Shown here in pieces: positions 9,721 to 19,242 of a DNA stretch of 64,000 nucleotides (its first letter is position 1; each line of letters starts with the position of its first letter). The notes beneath the pieces were generated by a model that was given only the letters and a program-made list of their open reading frames with translations, ran no database searches and was not told where the DNA came from. Origin of the DNA: an uncultured bacterium (GTDB taxonomy: Bacteria; Acidobacteriota; HRBIN11; JAKEFK01); the NCBI GenBank assembly GCA_963777505.1, contig CAVZQN010000004.1, positions 1,600,001 through 1,664,000 of the forward strand, given 5' to 3'. Made by a program: the position numbers and the translations under genes.

Positions 9721-11508
9721 ATGAGCACAATATTAGAAGAATTAAAGCTTGGAAAGAAAGGGGGCGGTTTTCTTCTTGAAGACTTATCTGCCTCCGATAT
9801 ATTTACGCCCGAAGATTTTTCGGAAGAACAAAAAATGATCGCTAAAACTGTTGATGAATTTGTAATCAACGAAGTTCTTCCTCAACGCGACAGGATGGAA
9901 AAAAAGGATCTTTCGGCAACTGTCGAATTGTTGCGCAAAGCGTCCGAGCTTGGTTTATGCGGTATTGAAGTTCCAGAAAAATATTCAGGTCTGGGTCTGG
10001 ATAAAGTTTCTGCGATGCTTGTTGCCGAAAGAATCACTCGTTATGGTTCTTTTGCGGTTTCCTATGGCGGCCATACAGGGATCGGGAGTTTACCGATCGT
10101 TTATTTTGGAACTGAAGAGCAGAAGAAAAAATATCTTCCAAGACTTGTCACCTCCGAAATTCTATCTTCATACGCTTTAACGGAAGCTCATTCAGGCTCA
10201 GATGCGCTTGCAGCCCGCACAACTGCTGTTCTTTCCGCGGATGGGAAAGAGTACGTATTGAACGGCACAAAAATGTGGATTACCAATGCTGGTTTTGCAG
10301 ACATCTTTATCACGTTTGCAAAAATTGACGGCGAAAAATTCAGTGCTTTTATTGTGGAAAAAGGGTTTCCAGGAGTTTCAACGGGTGCTGAAGAACGGAA
10401 AATGGGAATCAATGGTTCGTCTACTCGCACATTAATTCTTGAAGATGCGCGAGTGCCAGCTGAAAATTTGCTTGGTGAAGTTGGCAAAGGACATAAGATC
10501 GCTTTTAGCATTTTAAACATTGGACGTTTCAAGCTGGGTGCTGCATGCGTCGGCGGGTCAAAACATTGTATTGAAGCTGCAGTGAAGTATGCGAATGAAC
10601 GTCATCAATTCGGAAAATCGATCGGCAGTTTTGGCGCAATCAAATACAAACTTGCTGAGATGGCAACCCGTACGTTCGTTGGCGAAAGTATGGTCTATCG
10701 TACCGCAGGGTTGCTGGATGGAGCTCTTGGGCGTGTCGATGTGGATGATTCAAAGCAGGCGCTCAAGGCAATGGAAGAATATGCAGTTGAATGCGCTGCA
10801 ATTAAAGTAACGACCAGTGAATTTTTGGATTATGTTGTGGATGAAGCTGTTCAGATTTTTGGCGGTTATGGATACAGCCAGGAATATCCGGTGGAAATGC
10901 CATATCGTGATGCGCGTATTAATCGCATCTTTGAAGGAACAAATGAAATCAATCGTTTGTTAATTCTTGGAATGTTGTTAAAGAGAGCGATGAAAGGCGA
11001 ACTTCCACTGATGGCCGCCGCTCAAAAACTTCAAGATGAAGTGCTCGGCTTCAGCGGTGCAGAAGAAGAGGGAGATGGACTTTTGGCGCGCGAACAAAAA
11101 GCTGTCAAGAATATCAAGAAACTTGGACTCCTCACCGCCGGTTTAGCTTTGCAAAAATACATGACTGCAATTGAAGAAGAGCAGGAAATTTTGAGCATGT
11201 TGAGCGATATTGTGATGGAAGCTTTCGCCGCAGAAAGTGCATTACTTCGAACATTGAAAATGATTAAAACTTCCGGCCCGGAAAAAGCAGCGCCTTATGT
11301 GATGATGACTCAAGTTTACATTAACGATGCGATCGGGCGGGTTGAATCGCGCGCAAAGGATGTACTCGCTGCAATATCAGAAGGTGATATGCTTCGAACA
11401 AATCTTGCGGCAATGAAACGCTTCCTGAAGTTTCCGCCAGTCAACACAATTGAACTTCGCCGCAAAATCGCTGACAAGATGCTGGAAGCCGACACCTACA
11501 TCTATTAA
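9721..11508 (+). CDS. Acyl-CoA dehydrogenase (FadE-like, long form)
   Basis: YALTEAHSGSD, KMWITN, QIFGGYGY, RIFEGTNEI. Confidence 0.93.
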   Translation: MSTILEELKLGKKGGGFLLEDLSASDIFTPEDFSEEQKMIAKTVDEFVINEVLPQRDRMEKKDLSATVELLRKASELGLCGIEVPEKYSGLGLDKVSAMLVAERITRYGSFAVSYGGHTGIGSLPIVYFGTEEQKKKYLPRLVTSEILSSYALTEAHSGSDALAARTTAVLSADGKEYVLNGTKMWITNAGFADIFITFAKIDGEKFSAFIVEKGFPGVSTGAEERKMGINGSSTRTLILEDARVPAENLLGEVGKGHKIAFSILNIGRFKLGAACVGGSKHCIEAAVKYANERHQFGKSIGSFGAIKYKLAEMATRTFVGESMVYRTAGLLDGALGRVDVDDSKQALKAMEEYAVECAAIKVTTSEFLDYVVDEAVQIFGGYGYSQEYPVEMPYRDARINRIFEGTNEINRLLILGMLLKRAMKGELPLMAAAQKLQDEVLGFSGAEEEGDGLLAREQKAVKNIKKLGLLTAGLALQKYMTAIEEEQEILSMLSDIVMEAFAAESALLRTLKMIKTSGPEKAAPYVMMTQVYINDAIGRVESRAKDVLAAISEGDMLRTNLAAMKRFLKFPPVNTIELRRKIADKMLEADTYIY

Positions 11509-11518
11509 TTTCTTTTAT

Positions 11519-11572
11519 CGGAGCGCGGACATCCTTGTCCGCATTACGGGCCGCAGGCATCTTTGCCTGCAA
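11519..11572. repeat. REP-like double hairpin (GGAGCGCGGACATCCTTGTCCGCA...GCAGGCATCTTTGCCTGC)
   Basis: Near-identical reverse-complement copy at 18253-18304; related copy at 32859-32908. Confidence 0.8.
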
Positions 11573-11578
11573 TTAATC

Positions 11579-12763
11579 CTATTCATTTCTTTGCGTCTCT
11601 GCGGTTATAAAATCTCGAATCACTTTATCTATAAATTCCGGTTTATCGTCTAAGGCAAATGTTCCTACATTTTCGACGGGAACAATCTTTACGGATGAAA
11701 TCTCGACGGCTTTCCATTGCGTTATCGAATGAGGTTTCTCTTTCGGATCCGTAATTGATGGAATCACAAGAGCTGGAATTTTCAACTCCGTAATTTCAGC
11801 CGACAAGTCTGTAGTCATTAATTCTGCGCCGTAATCCCAGGTCAAATGAGCGTCTGATTTACCGCCGTTTTGAGCTAGCTGCAGATTGCGTTGTGGATCT
11901 TTGCTCATTGTTCCTCCAACGTTCTGCCAGTATTTTGAGAAACATTCGCGCGAAGGCCTCGGAAACAATTCGATGGGCAAAAAAAGTTTTGCCAGGCGAT
12001 CCCGGAATTCAGGCGTTAACTTGCCTGAAGGATCATCCTTTGAAATTACCATCGGAGAATAAAGCAAACCATTTAAAACGACCACTGCTCTAATATTTTG
12101 CGGGTGGTCAAGCGCTAAGCGTAACGCAAGATACGCACCTGCTTGATGACCTAAAACGATGGGTGCTTTCAAGTTTTCTTTTTGGATCAGGTTCAGAATT
12201 GCATCTTCTGCATTTTTCCAAAGCCTTCGTGCTGTGTAATCGCGTTTTTCAAAAGAGGGGAGTGCAGGCGTTCCACCAAAACCAGGAAGTGTTACAGCAT
12301 ACATTTTGTAATTACTTTTATTTCTATCAATAAATAATTGGAAAACATTTCCATCCATTCCTACATCGGGAATTAGGATGATCGGGATCTCACCATTGCC
12401 CACCTTAATTACCTGTTCAAGTTCACCAGGCTTTGCTAAAGGAGATGCGATTTCACTTTCCCCAGGACACGTCCAGCTTATTGCGGATGAAACAAGCATA
12501 TCGATTACCGATGGCGGTGGATTCGATTTCTGCAAACGGACAGACAACTGGAACAATTCTTTGTAGGCATCCTTGCGCTGATCAACAGTCAAATCCGGAG
12601 ATTCAGCTTTTGATTTTGCTTTCGCAAGCATCGAAATGTCCTCAGCTGAAACATTCTCTTCAATTCCAAGGTAGTGAATCAGGTTTCGTGCGAAGGTCGT
12701 GTCATCTGCATGAGCTTGTAAAAATACAAGTAAACAAAAAGGAAGAAATAGCATTGCTTTCAT
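11579..12763 (-). CDS. Secreted alpha/beta-hydrolase-fold protein with degenerate catalytic triad
   Basis: Signal peptide (..LQAHA); LPGFG motif; nucleophile elbow reads GHQAG rather than GHSxG. Confidence 0.8.
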   Translation of the reverse strand: MKAMLFLPFCLLVFLQAHADDTTFARNLIHYLGIEENVSAEDISMLAKAKSKAESPDLTVDQRKDAYKELFQLSVRLQKSNPPPSVIDMLVSSAISWTCPGESEIASPLAKPGELEQVIKVGNGEIPIILIPDVGMDGNVFQLFIDRNKSNYKMYAVTLPGFGGTPALPSFEKRDYTARRLWKNAEDAILNLIQKENLKAPIVLGHQAGAYLALRLALDHPQNIRAVVVLNGLLYSPMVISKDDPSGKLTPEFRDRLAKLFLPIELFPRPSRECFSKYWQNVGGTMSKDPQRNLQLAQNGGKSDAHLTWDYGAELMTTDLSAEITELKIPALVIPSITDPKEKPHSITQWKAVEISSVKIVPVENVGTFALDDKPEFIDKVIRDFITAETQRNE

Positions 12764-12891
12764 TTTGTTTGGTCTCCTTTGTTGTGGCTAATGTAAGTTG
12801 GAGGGCAACAAGGAGTCTCTACTTATGTGGTGGACGGACGCTTTCTAATTGCGAATGGTCTTCAAACTCAACCGCAGAGACGCTAAGTAAG

Positions 12892-13683
12892 TTAAAACTC
12901 AGAATGGAGAACTTTTCGTAATTCGTTTCGGTAACTTCGACCGAGTGGTAGGATGGTCCCATTTCGAAGCACAACGCGATAGTCACGTTTGAACCATTGC
13001 TGCAGTTCTTTAATCGACTCTACGTTTACAATTGCTCCGCGATGAATCCGCACAAATGAAATCGGATCCAGCTCCTTTTCGAGTAATCCAATCTTTTGCC
13101 GTATCAAATATGTCTCTTTTCCTGAATGGATCCGTACGTAATTATCTTCTGCTTCAATCCAATCAACTTCGCGGGCTTTTATAAAAAATATTCGTCCTCT
13201 TTCTTTAACCGTAAACCGATCCAGATACATGCCTTTCCCGGACAGTGATTCAAGCATCGAATAAGTTCTCTGGATCCACTCTTTTTGGTTTCTTGTACGA
13301 AGTTCATTTTTCGCATGAATGACAGCTTCTTCAAATCGCTTTTTCTTGAATGGTTTCAAAAGGTAATCGAAAGCATGAAGCTCAAACGCTTTGATTGCGA
13401 ATTCATCATAAGCGGTGACGAAAATAACGAGGGGCATCGACCCTTCATTGATTTTCTTCAGGACTCCAAAGCCATTCATGTCGGGCATCTGAATATCCAA
13501 AAAGAGAATATCGGGTTTTGAACCCGTTAATGCTGCCACAGCTTCAGTGCCGGTTGCGCATTCTGAGACCACTTGTAGTTCGGAATCTTTTTGGACGAGT
13601 TCACGGATACGAGTTCGCGCTAGCTCTTCATCATCAACGATCATGATCGTGATTTTGTTTTGCTCGATCATGTTTTTACCCAT
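12892..13683 (-). CDS. LytTR-family response regulator
   Basis: REC domain (FLDIQMP, FVTAYD, YLLKP) plus LytTR (FVRIHRGAIVN). Confidence 0.95.
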   Translation of the reverse strand: MGKNMIEQNKITIMIVDDEELARTRIRELVQKDSELQVVSECATGTEAVAALTGSKPDILFLDIQMPDMNGFGVLKKINEGSMPLVIFVTAYDEFAIKAFELHAFDYLLKPFKKKRFEEAVIHAKNELRTRNQKEWIQRTYSMLESLSGKGMYLDRFTVKERGRIFFIKAREVDWIEAEDNYVRIHSGKETYLIRQKIGLLEKELDPISFVRIHRGAIVNVESIKELQQWFKRDYRVVLRNGTILPLGRSYRNELRKVLHSEF

Positions 13684-14788
13684 GGGTTCGGATGGGGATT
13701 TTCATTTCAACACTGACCCCGCCTTCAGACCGATTTGATAATCGAAATTCATACTCGTCAGTGTAGAGACGTTTTAATCTTTCCTGCACATTGCTAAGTC
13801 CGATTCCATTGATAGGCTTATCGGAAAGTTCAGGGCCATCGTTGACCACCTGAAGGAAAAGATGATGATCATTCTTTCGTGAGGAAACTTCAATCCGGCC
13901 AGAATGAATATGTGCGATTCCATGTCGTATCGCATTTTCGATGATCGGCTGCAAAATTAGATTCGGAACTTTGAGCGGAAGAGTCTCCGGGTCAATTTGC
14001 ATTTCTACTTTCAAACGATTTCTGAAGCGGATTCTTTCAATCTCCAAATAACTTGATAAAAAACGAAGTTCTTCTTCTAGAGTGACTTCCAGTCCTGAAC
14101 TACTTTGAAGGGTTAACCGTAAGAAATTTCCGAGTTCACCGATCATTTCATCTGCATCTTCTGGATTTTTGTGGATTAAAGCTGAAATGGAATTCAGAGT
14201 ATTAAAAAGAAAATGAGGATGAAGCTGCATTTTTAATGCATCAAGCTTTGCCTGTGCTAGCTGAGTCTTCAACTCGGAAGCCCTGCGTGAATAATCGAGT
14301 GCGTGATATCCCGCGAGAATGATCCAGTAAATCAAAATGCCGATATGGAAGTCGATCGCAAAGATCATTTTGAAAATCCGTTCAGGATCGTACTGCGCTC
14401 TTTGTATAGCTTCAGGAAATTTGACAAACAATGCGTCTGTGATTGAAGCACTCGTGGCGAACGCTTCCGTGAAACGAATGACGAACCAATAAATGATGGA
14501 AAAGATCGCAAGATGTAAAAGAGAAATGAGAATACTTGCGATGCCATTCGTTATGAAGAATCGTTTTCGGGAGCCTGAGAATTGAGGTGAGCGCTGGATT
14601 GTTCGGATAACAAGCGGAAACAAAAAAATCCACAAACACCAACGAGTCAACTCCCAGCTGATGATGTTGGACCAGCTCATTGTAAATCCGCTGTTTAGTG
14701 CAAGGAGGCGGAGTTGCCATGAAAAAATAAATCCGATTCCAACCCAGGCTAAAACAAACAGCAGGATCTTGATCCAGCGTTTCTGCAT
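13676..14788 (-). CDS. LytS/YehU-family membrane histidine kinase
   Basis: Multi-TM N-terminus; LKMQLHPHFLFNTLN, QPIIENAIRHG, GIGLSNV. Confidence 0.93.
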   Translation of the reverse strand: MQKRWIKILLFVLAWVGIGFIFSWQLRLLALNSGFTMSWSNIISWELTRWCLWIFLFPLVIRTIQRSPQFSGSRKRFFITNGIASILISLLHLAIFSIIYWFVIRFTEAFATSASITDALFVKFPEAIQRAQYDPERIFKMIFAIDFHIGILIYWIILAGYHALDYSRRASELKTQLAQAKLDALKMQLHPHFLFNTLNSISALIHKNPEDADEMIGELGNFLRLTLQSSSGLEVTLEEELRFLSSYLEIERIRFRNRLKVEMQIDPETLPLKVPNLILQPIIENAIRHGIAHIHSGRIEVSSRKNDHHLFLQVVNDGPELSDKPINGIGLSNVQERLKRLYTDEYEFRLSNRSEGGVSVEMKIPIRTHG

Positions 14789-14919
14789 ACTTCATATTTT
14801 ACCGACTTGTCGGTCAATAGCATGATTTGGTGGCGAACGGTCCGATTTCACTGGCGACCTTTCTCTTTGAGTCTTTGCGGTTCGAGCGTATTCGAGTATT
14901 CTTACAAGGGAGTAATACA

Positions 14920-15459
14920 ATGCCATTGGTTCATTTTGATAGACAAACGGTTCTAGATTTTTTCAAGGTTTCGCCTGAAGAAGCTGAGGAGATAATCAAA
15001 CAAATTGGATATAAAGATCCGATCGATGTTCATGATGATTTTTCAGGTGATGATGTAAAAGCTATGGCGATGAGCTATGCGCATAAGTCGCATCCTTCAG
15101 CGAAGGACAACGACAAAGTCTCGTTCGGAAGCCAGGTCAGTTATCTTGTTTGTGGAATGTATACTGGCGTAGCTCATTATATTAAGGAACAAAAAGCAGA
15201 ACGCACCTTCGAAGAGTTTAAGAAAGCATTCGGTGTAGATCCGGGCGATGAAGGTCCGGAAATTAAGGGCGAAATTAGCAGTCCTGAATTTACAATTGCT
15301 GGAATCATCCTTCTCGAAGGAATGATTTTGTCGGAAGATGATCAGGCCAACGTAAATCAGTCCATAGGACTTCTTGACCAGCATGCTTCCTCTTTTGCAC
15401 CCAATCGTCTGGATTCCATCAAAAAAGTCTTGTCAGGTTTGCAAAATCTTAAGCTCTAA
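14920..15459 (+). CDS. Hypothetical protein
   Basis: GGGAG SD before ATG 14920; no family recognised. Confidence 0.65.
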   Translation: MPLVHFDRQTVLDFFKVSPEEAEEIIKQIGYKDPIDVHDDFSGDDVKAMAMSYAHKSHPSAKDNDKVSFGSQVSYLVCGMYTGVAHYIKEQKAERTFEEFKKAFGVDPGDEGPEIKGEISSPEFTIAGIILLEGMILSEDDQANVNQSIGLLDQHASSFAPNRLDSIKKVLSGLQNLKL

Positions 15460-15486
15460 TCCTTTAATATTTTCCCACAGCGACAT

Positions 15487-16965
15487 ATGAGTACAGAAGA
15501 ACAGTATATTCAGCAAAGACGCGAAAAGCTGGAAAAGCTACGCAGTCTTGGTGTGGATGTATATCCGCGCAAATTTGAATACTCCAAACCTGTTTCTAAA
15601 ATTCTGCAAGCCAATCACGACAAAACTGCTGAACAACTTGAGCATGAAAAAACGCGAGAAAAAATCGCCGGCCGGATTGTCGCTTTGCGTGGGCATGGTA
15701 AAGCAGGTTTTATGAATTTGCAGCAGGATGGTGCGCAGCTTCAGGTCTATGTAAAAAAGGATCTGGTTGGAGATCAAAGTTTTGCAATTTATGAATGTCT
15801 TGATATCGGCGATTTTGTTGGGATAGACGGTGAGTTATTTCGCACGCGGACAGGTGAGTTAACTGTAAAAGCGGAAAACATTACGTTTCTTTCAAAAGCG
15901 CTACGACCGTTGCCAGAAAAATGGCATGGTCTTCAAGATGTTGAATTGCGTTATCGCCAGCGCTATCTGGACTTAATCGTGAATCCCGATGTACGGCGGT
16001 ATTTTGAAATTCGAAGCAAGATCGTAGCTGAAATGCGCAGCTTCATGGATTCGCATGGATTTATGGAAGTTGAAACGCCGATGATGCAAGTCATCGCAGG
16101 AGGGGCACTTGCGCGTCCCTTTAAAACGCATCACAACACTCTGGATATCGATTTATTTATGCGAATTGCTCCCGAGTTATTTTTAAAGCGATTAACTGTG
16201 GGTGGTCTGGATCGAGTCTACGAGATCAATCGGAATTTTCGGAATGAAGGAATTTCAACGATGCACAATCCGGAATTCACAATGCTGGAATTTTATACGG
16301 CATATTTTGATTATAACGATCTCATGGAGTTCACTGAAGAATTAATCGGCAGTCTTGCTCAAAAAATTCTTGAGAAGGATCAATTGGAGTTTGAAGGTCA
16401 AACGATTTCTCTCAATAGGCCATGGAGAAGGTTAACCTTCGCGCAAGCACTCATTGAGTTGGGCGGCATTTCTGCAGAGTTGTTGGAAGACGAAAAGGCA
16501 TTGCGTGCGTTCGCAATTGAAAAGCATATTAAAGATGCGGCGAAGCTTTCGAAAGGCAAACTATGGGGCGCCCTGTTTGATGAATATGTAGAAGATAAAT
16601 TAACCGGTCCGGTTTTTATAACCGACTACCCACGCGATCTTTCGCCGCTTTCGAAATCGCGTGCTGACAATCCTGAAATTGTCGAACGATTTGAGCTGTA
16701 TATCGGTGCGATGGAAATCGCAAACGCATACAGTGAGTTGAATGATCCTGTTGAACAGCGGATTCGATTTGAAGAACAGCTCCGTGCCTATGAAGCAGGG
16801 GATCAGGAAGCCCATGCGATGGATGAAGATTATGTGACTGCACTTGAACATGGTATGCCTCCGACAGGCGGCGAAGGATTGGGCATTGATCGTTTAACGA
16901 TGCTATTTACCGGTGTACGTTCCATCCGCGAAGTAATTTTATTTCCGCTTCTAAAACCGCGTTGA
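15487..16965 (+). CDS. lysS: Lysine--tRNA ligase (class II)
   Basis: OB domain, RYRQRYLDL, FRNEG..HNPEF, GIDRL. Confidence 0.98.
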   Translation: MSTEEQYIQQRREKLEKLRSLGVDVYPRKFEYSKPVSKILQANHDKTAEQLEHEKTREKIAGRIVALRGHGKAGFMNLQQDGAQLQVYVKKDLVGDQSFAIYECLDIGDFVGIDGELFRTRTGELTVKAENITFLSKALRPLPEKWHGLQDVELRYRQRYLDLIVNPDVRRYFEIRSKIVAEMRSFMDSHGFMEVETPMMQVIAGGALARPFKTHHNTLDIDLFMRIAPELFLKRLTVGGLDRVYEINRNFRNEGISTMHNPEFTMLEFYTAYFDYNDLMEFTEELIGSLAQKILEKDQLEFEGQTISLNRPWRRLTFAQALIELGGISAELLEDEKALRAFAIEKHIKDAAKLSKGKLWGALFDEYVEDKLTGPVFITDYPRDLSPLSKSRADNPEIVERFELYIGAMEIANAYSELNDPVEQRIRFEEQLRAYEAGDQEAHAMDEDYVTALEHGMPPTGGEGLGIDRLTMLFTGVRSIREVILFPLLKPR

Positions 16966-16996
16966 GAAACTTTTGCGCCTCTGCGGTTAAATAAAC

Positions 16997-18226
16997 ATGA
17001 AATTTGAATTATCGGTAGCACTGCGATATTTGCGCGCCAAACGAAAACAAACTTTGTTGTCCGCAGTGTCCTTAATCGCAGTCCTCGGTTTTATCCTTGG
17101 TGTAATGGCGCTTATCATTGCGCTTGCATTAATGACAGGCTTTCAAGAAGACATCCAGGCGAAAATCCTTGGTGCCAGCGCACACGTTCTTGTATATCCA
17201 ACAGGATCCCGCGGAATCAAAGAAGTAGATAGTACTATAGACATAGTACGTAAAGATCCAATGATTACTTCCGTCTCGGGCGTTGTCTATGGCAAAGTGA
17301 TGGTCTACACAACGGGCGGCGCCGATGGAATCGTGTTGAAAGGAATCGATCCAGTAAAAGAAAAATCCGTTACGGAGCTGACATCAAGTCTTGATGAGGC
17401 GGCATTAAAAGCCTTAAGCGATCCCGGACAGGAGAGAGAAGGGATCGTTTTGGGAAGCGACTTAGCAGAAACTTTGCGTGCAAAAAAAGGGGACCTCGTT
17501 ACGCTTGTTTCACCCGAAGCTCTTTTAACTCCGCTAGGATTGATGCCGAAATTCAAGAAACTTCGAGTGGTCGGAACATTCCGAAGCGGAATGTACGAAT
17601 ATGATCAAAACTGGGCCCTTGTTTCAATGAAAACGGCCCAACGGCTTTTTTCACTCGGCGAATCTGTTACTTTAGTCGAAGCTCGAATCAACAATATTCA
17701 TCGTGCCAATGAAGTATCGGATCGTTTACAAAAGTCTCTAGGAAGCCGTTTCTTTGTTGACAATTGGATTAATCAGAATCGTTCATTATTTTCTGCAATG
17801 AAATTGGAAAAAATCATGCTGTTCATCACAATTACGCTGATCGTGCTGGTAGCAGCATTTAATGTAGTTTCAACGTTAATCATGATGGTGCTTGATAAAA
17901 ACAAAGACATCGCAGTCTTAATGGCAATGGGTGCAACAACAAAGCAAGTCATGCGCATTTTTATGATTCAAGGTGTCTTAATCGGAATTGCAGGAACTTT
18001 GATTGGTGCAATCCTTGGAATTGTAACTTCCTTGATCATGGATCATTACAAAGTAATCCAGCTTCCACTCGATGTATATTTCATTCCCTATTTGCCATTT
18101 CGCTTGCGATTTGAAGATGTTGCCTTCGTTACCGCAACAGCACTTGTCATTAGTTTTTTATCAACGCTCTATCCGGCAATCCGTGCATCAAGAATCAATC
18201 CGGCAGAGGCTTTGCGTTATGAGTGA
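16997..18226 (+). CDS. Lipoprotein-releasing ABC transporter permease (LolC/E family)
   Basis: RYLR N-terminus, MTGF, FtsX-type C-terminus, PAEALRYE. Confidence 0.92.
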   Translation: MKFELSVALRYLRAKRKQTLLSAVSLIAVLGFILGVMALIIALALMTGFQEDIQAKILGASAHVLVYPTGSRGIKEVDSTIDIVRKDPMITSVSGVVYGKVMVYTTGGADGIVLKGIDPVKEKSVTELTSSLDEAALKALSDPGQEREGIVLGSDLAETLRAKKGDLVTLVSPEALLTPLGLMPKFKKLRVVGTFRSGMYEYDQNWALVSMKTAQRLFSLGESVTLVEARINNIHRANEVSDRLQKSLGSRFFVDNWINQNRSLFSAMKLEKIMLFITITLIVLVAAFNVVSTLIMMVLDKNKDIAVLMAMGATTKQVMRIFMIQGVLIGIAGTLIGAILGIVTSLIMDHYKVIQLPLDVYFIPYLPFRLRFEDVAFVTATALVISFLSTLYPAIRASRINPAEALRYE

Positions 18227-18252
18227 GCGCTACGGTCCAATCTGTTGTTTTC

Positions 18253-18304
18253 TTGCAGGCAAGATGCCTGCCGCCCGTAATGCGGACAAGATGTCCGCGC
18301 TCCG
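18253..18304. repeat. REP-like double hairpin (inverted copy of 11519-11572)
   Basis: TTGCAGGCAAGATGCCTGC...GCGGACAAGATGTCCGCGCTCCG. Confidence 0.8.
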
Positions 18305-18322
18305 AAGCAGAGGCATTGCGTT

Positions 18323-19034
18323 ATGAGTGATGGAACCGCAAAGGCGCAAAGTGAGATTCTTTTATTAGAAGCGCGAAGCTTATCAAAGAGTTACCAATCG
18401 CCTGTTCGCAGGATTGATGTGCTGAATGAATTAGATCTTCAAATTCCGCATGGAAAGACAATTGCAATTATGGGCGCGTCCGGAGTAGGGAAAAGCACTT
18501 TGCTCCATGTACTGGGTATGCTGGATCGTCCGGATAGCGGTCAAATCTTGTTTGAAGGACGCGATTTAGCCTCTTCAACAACACAAGAACTTGCAGACTT
18601 CCGCAACAAAAAAATTGGATTTGTTTTTCAGATGCACCATTTACTTCCGGAGTTCAATGCGCTTGAAAATGTCATGATGCCAATCCTGCTAAGGAATTAT
18701 GATCGCAAGGTGGCTGGAGAGCGCGCGATGAAAATCTTACATGAAGTGGGTCTTTCAGAACGTGCCGATCATCGCCCGGGACAACTTTCAGGAGGCGAAC
18801 AGCAGCGTGCCGCAATCGCAAGGGCTCTTGTTAACGATCCACCTTTAGATTCTTGCTGATGAACCTACTGGAAATCTTGACGAGCGTACAGGTGAAACAA
18901 TCTTCCAACTATTCCGCGATCTTCATTCTCATCGCAAACTATCTTTCATAATTGCCACTCACAATCCTGCCCTTGCGGCTATCTGCGACGAAACGTACGT
19001 TCTCCATGAAGGAAAACTTACACCGAAAATTTAA
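18323..19034 (+). CDS. lolD: Lipoprotein-releasing ABC transporter ATPase LolD; one frame break near 18848
   Basis: GASGVGKST, LSGGEQQR; the ILADEPTGNLD Walker B continues in the next frame to TAA 19034. Confidence 0.88.
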
Positions 19035-19075
19035 CAAACTTTGCGTCTTTGCTATTGAGTTATCCTCTGAAAACG

Positions 19076-19104
19076 TTGAAAAATTGTAGTAATTCTTGTA
19101 AAAT
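19076..19104 (+). promoter_or_regulatory. sigma70-type promoter of the clpC-bamA-skp-fabZ-lpxA run
   Basis: TTGAAA-17 nt-TAAAAT. Confidence 0.65.
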
Positions 19105-19242
19105 CAAGGCGCGCGAGCCGGAGTTGAAGCGCGCAGATGTTGGGCGTTTCATAATGCTCACTTTTAAGTTGCAGTCCTTCTTGCAATCCGGACGTGAGGA
19201 GGCTTGAAACTTGAAAACCATACACGTACTTTTAGGGTGAGC

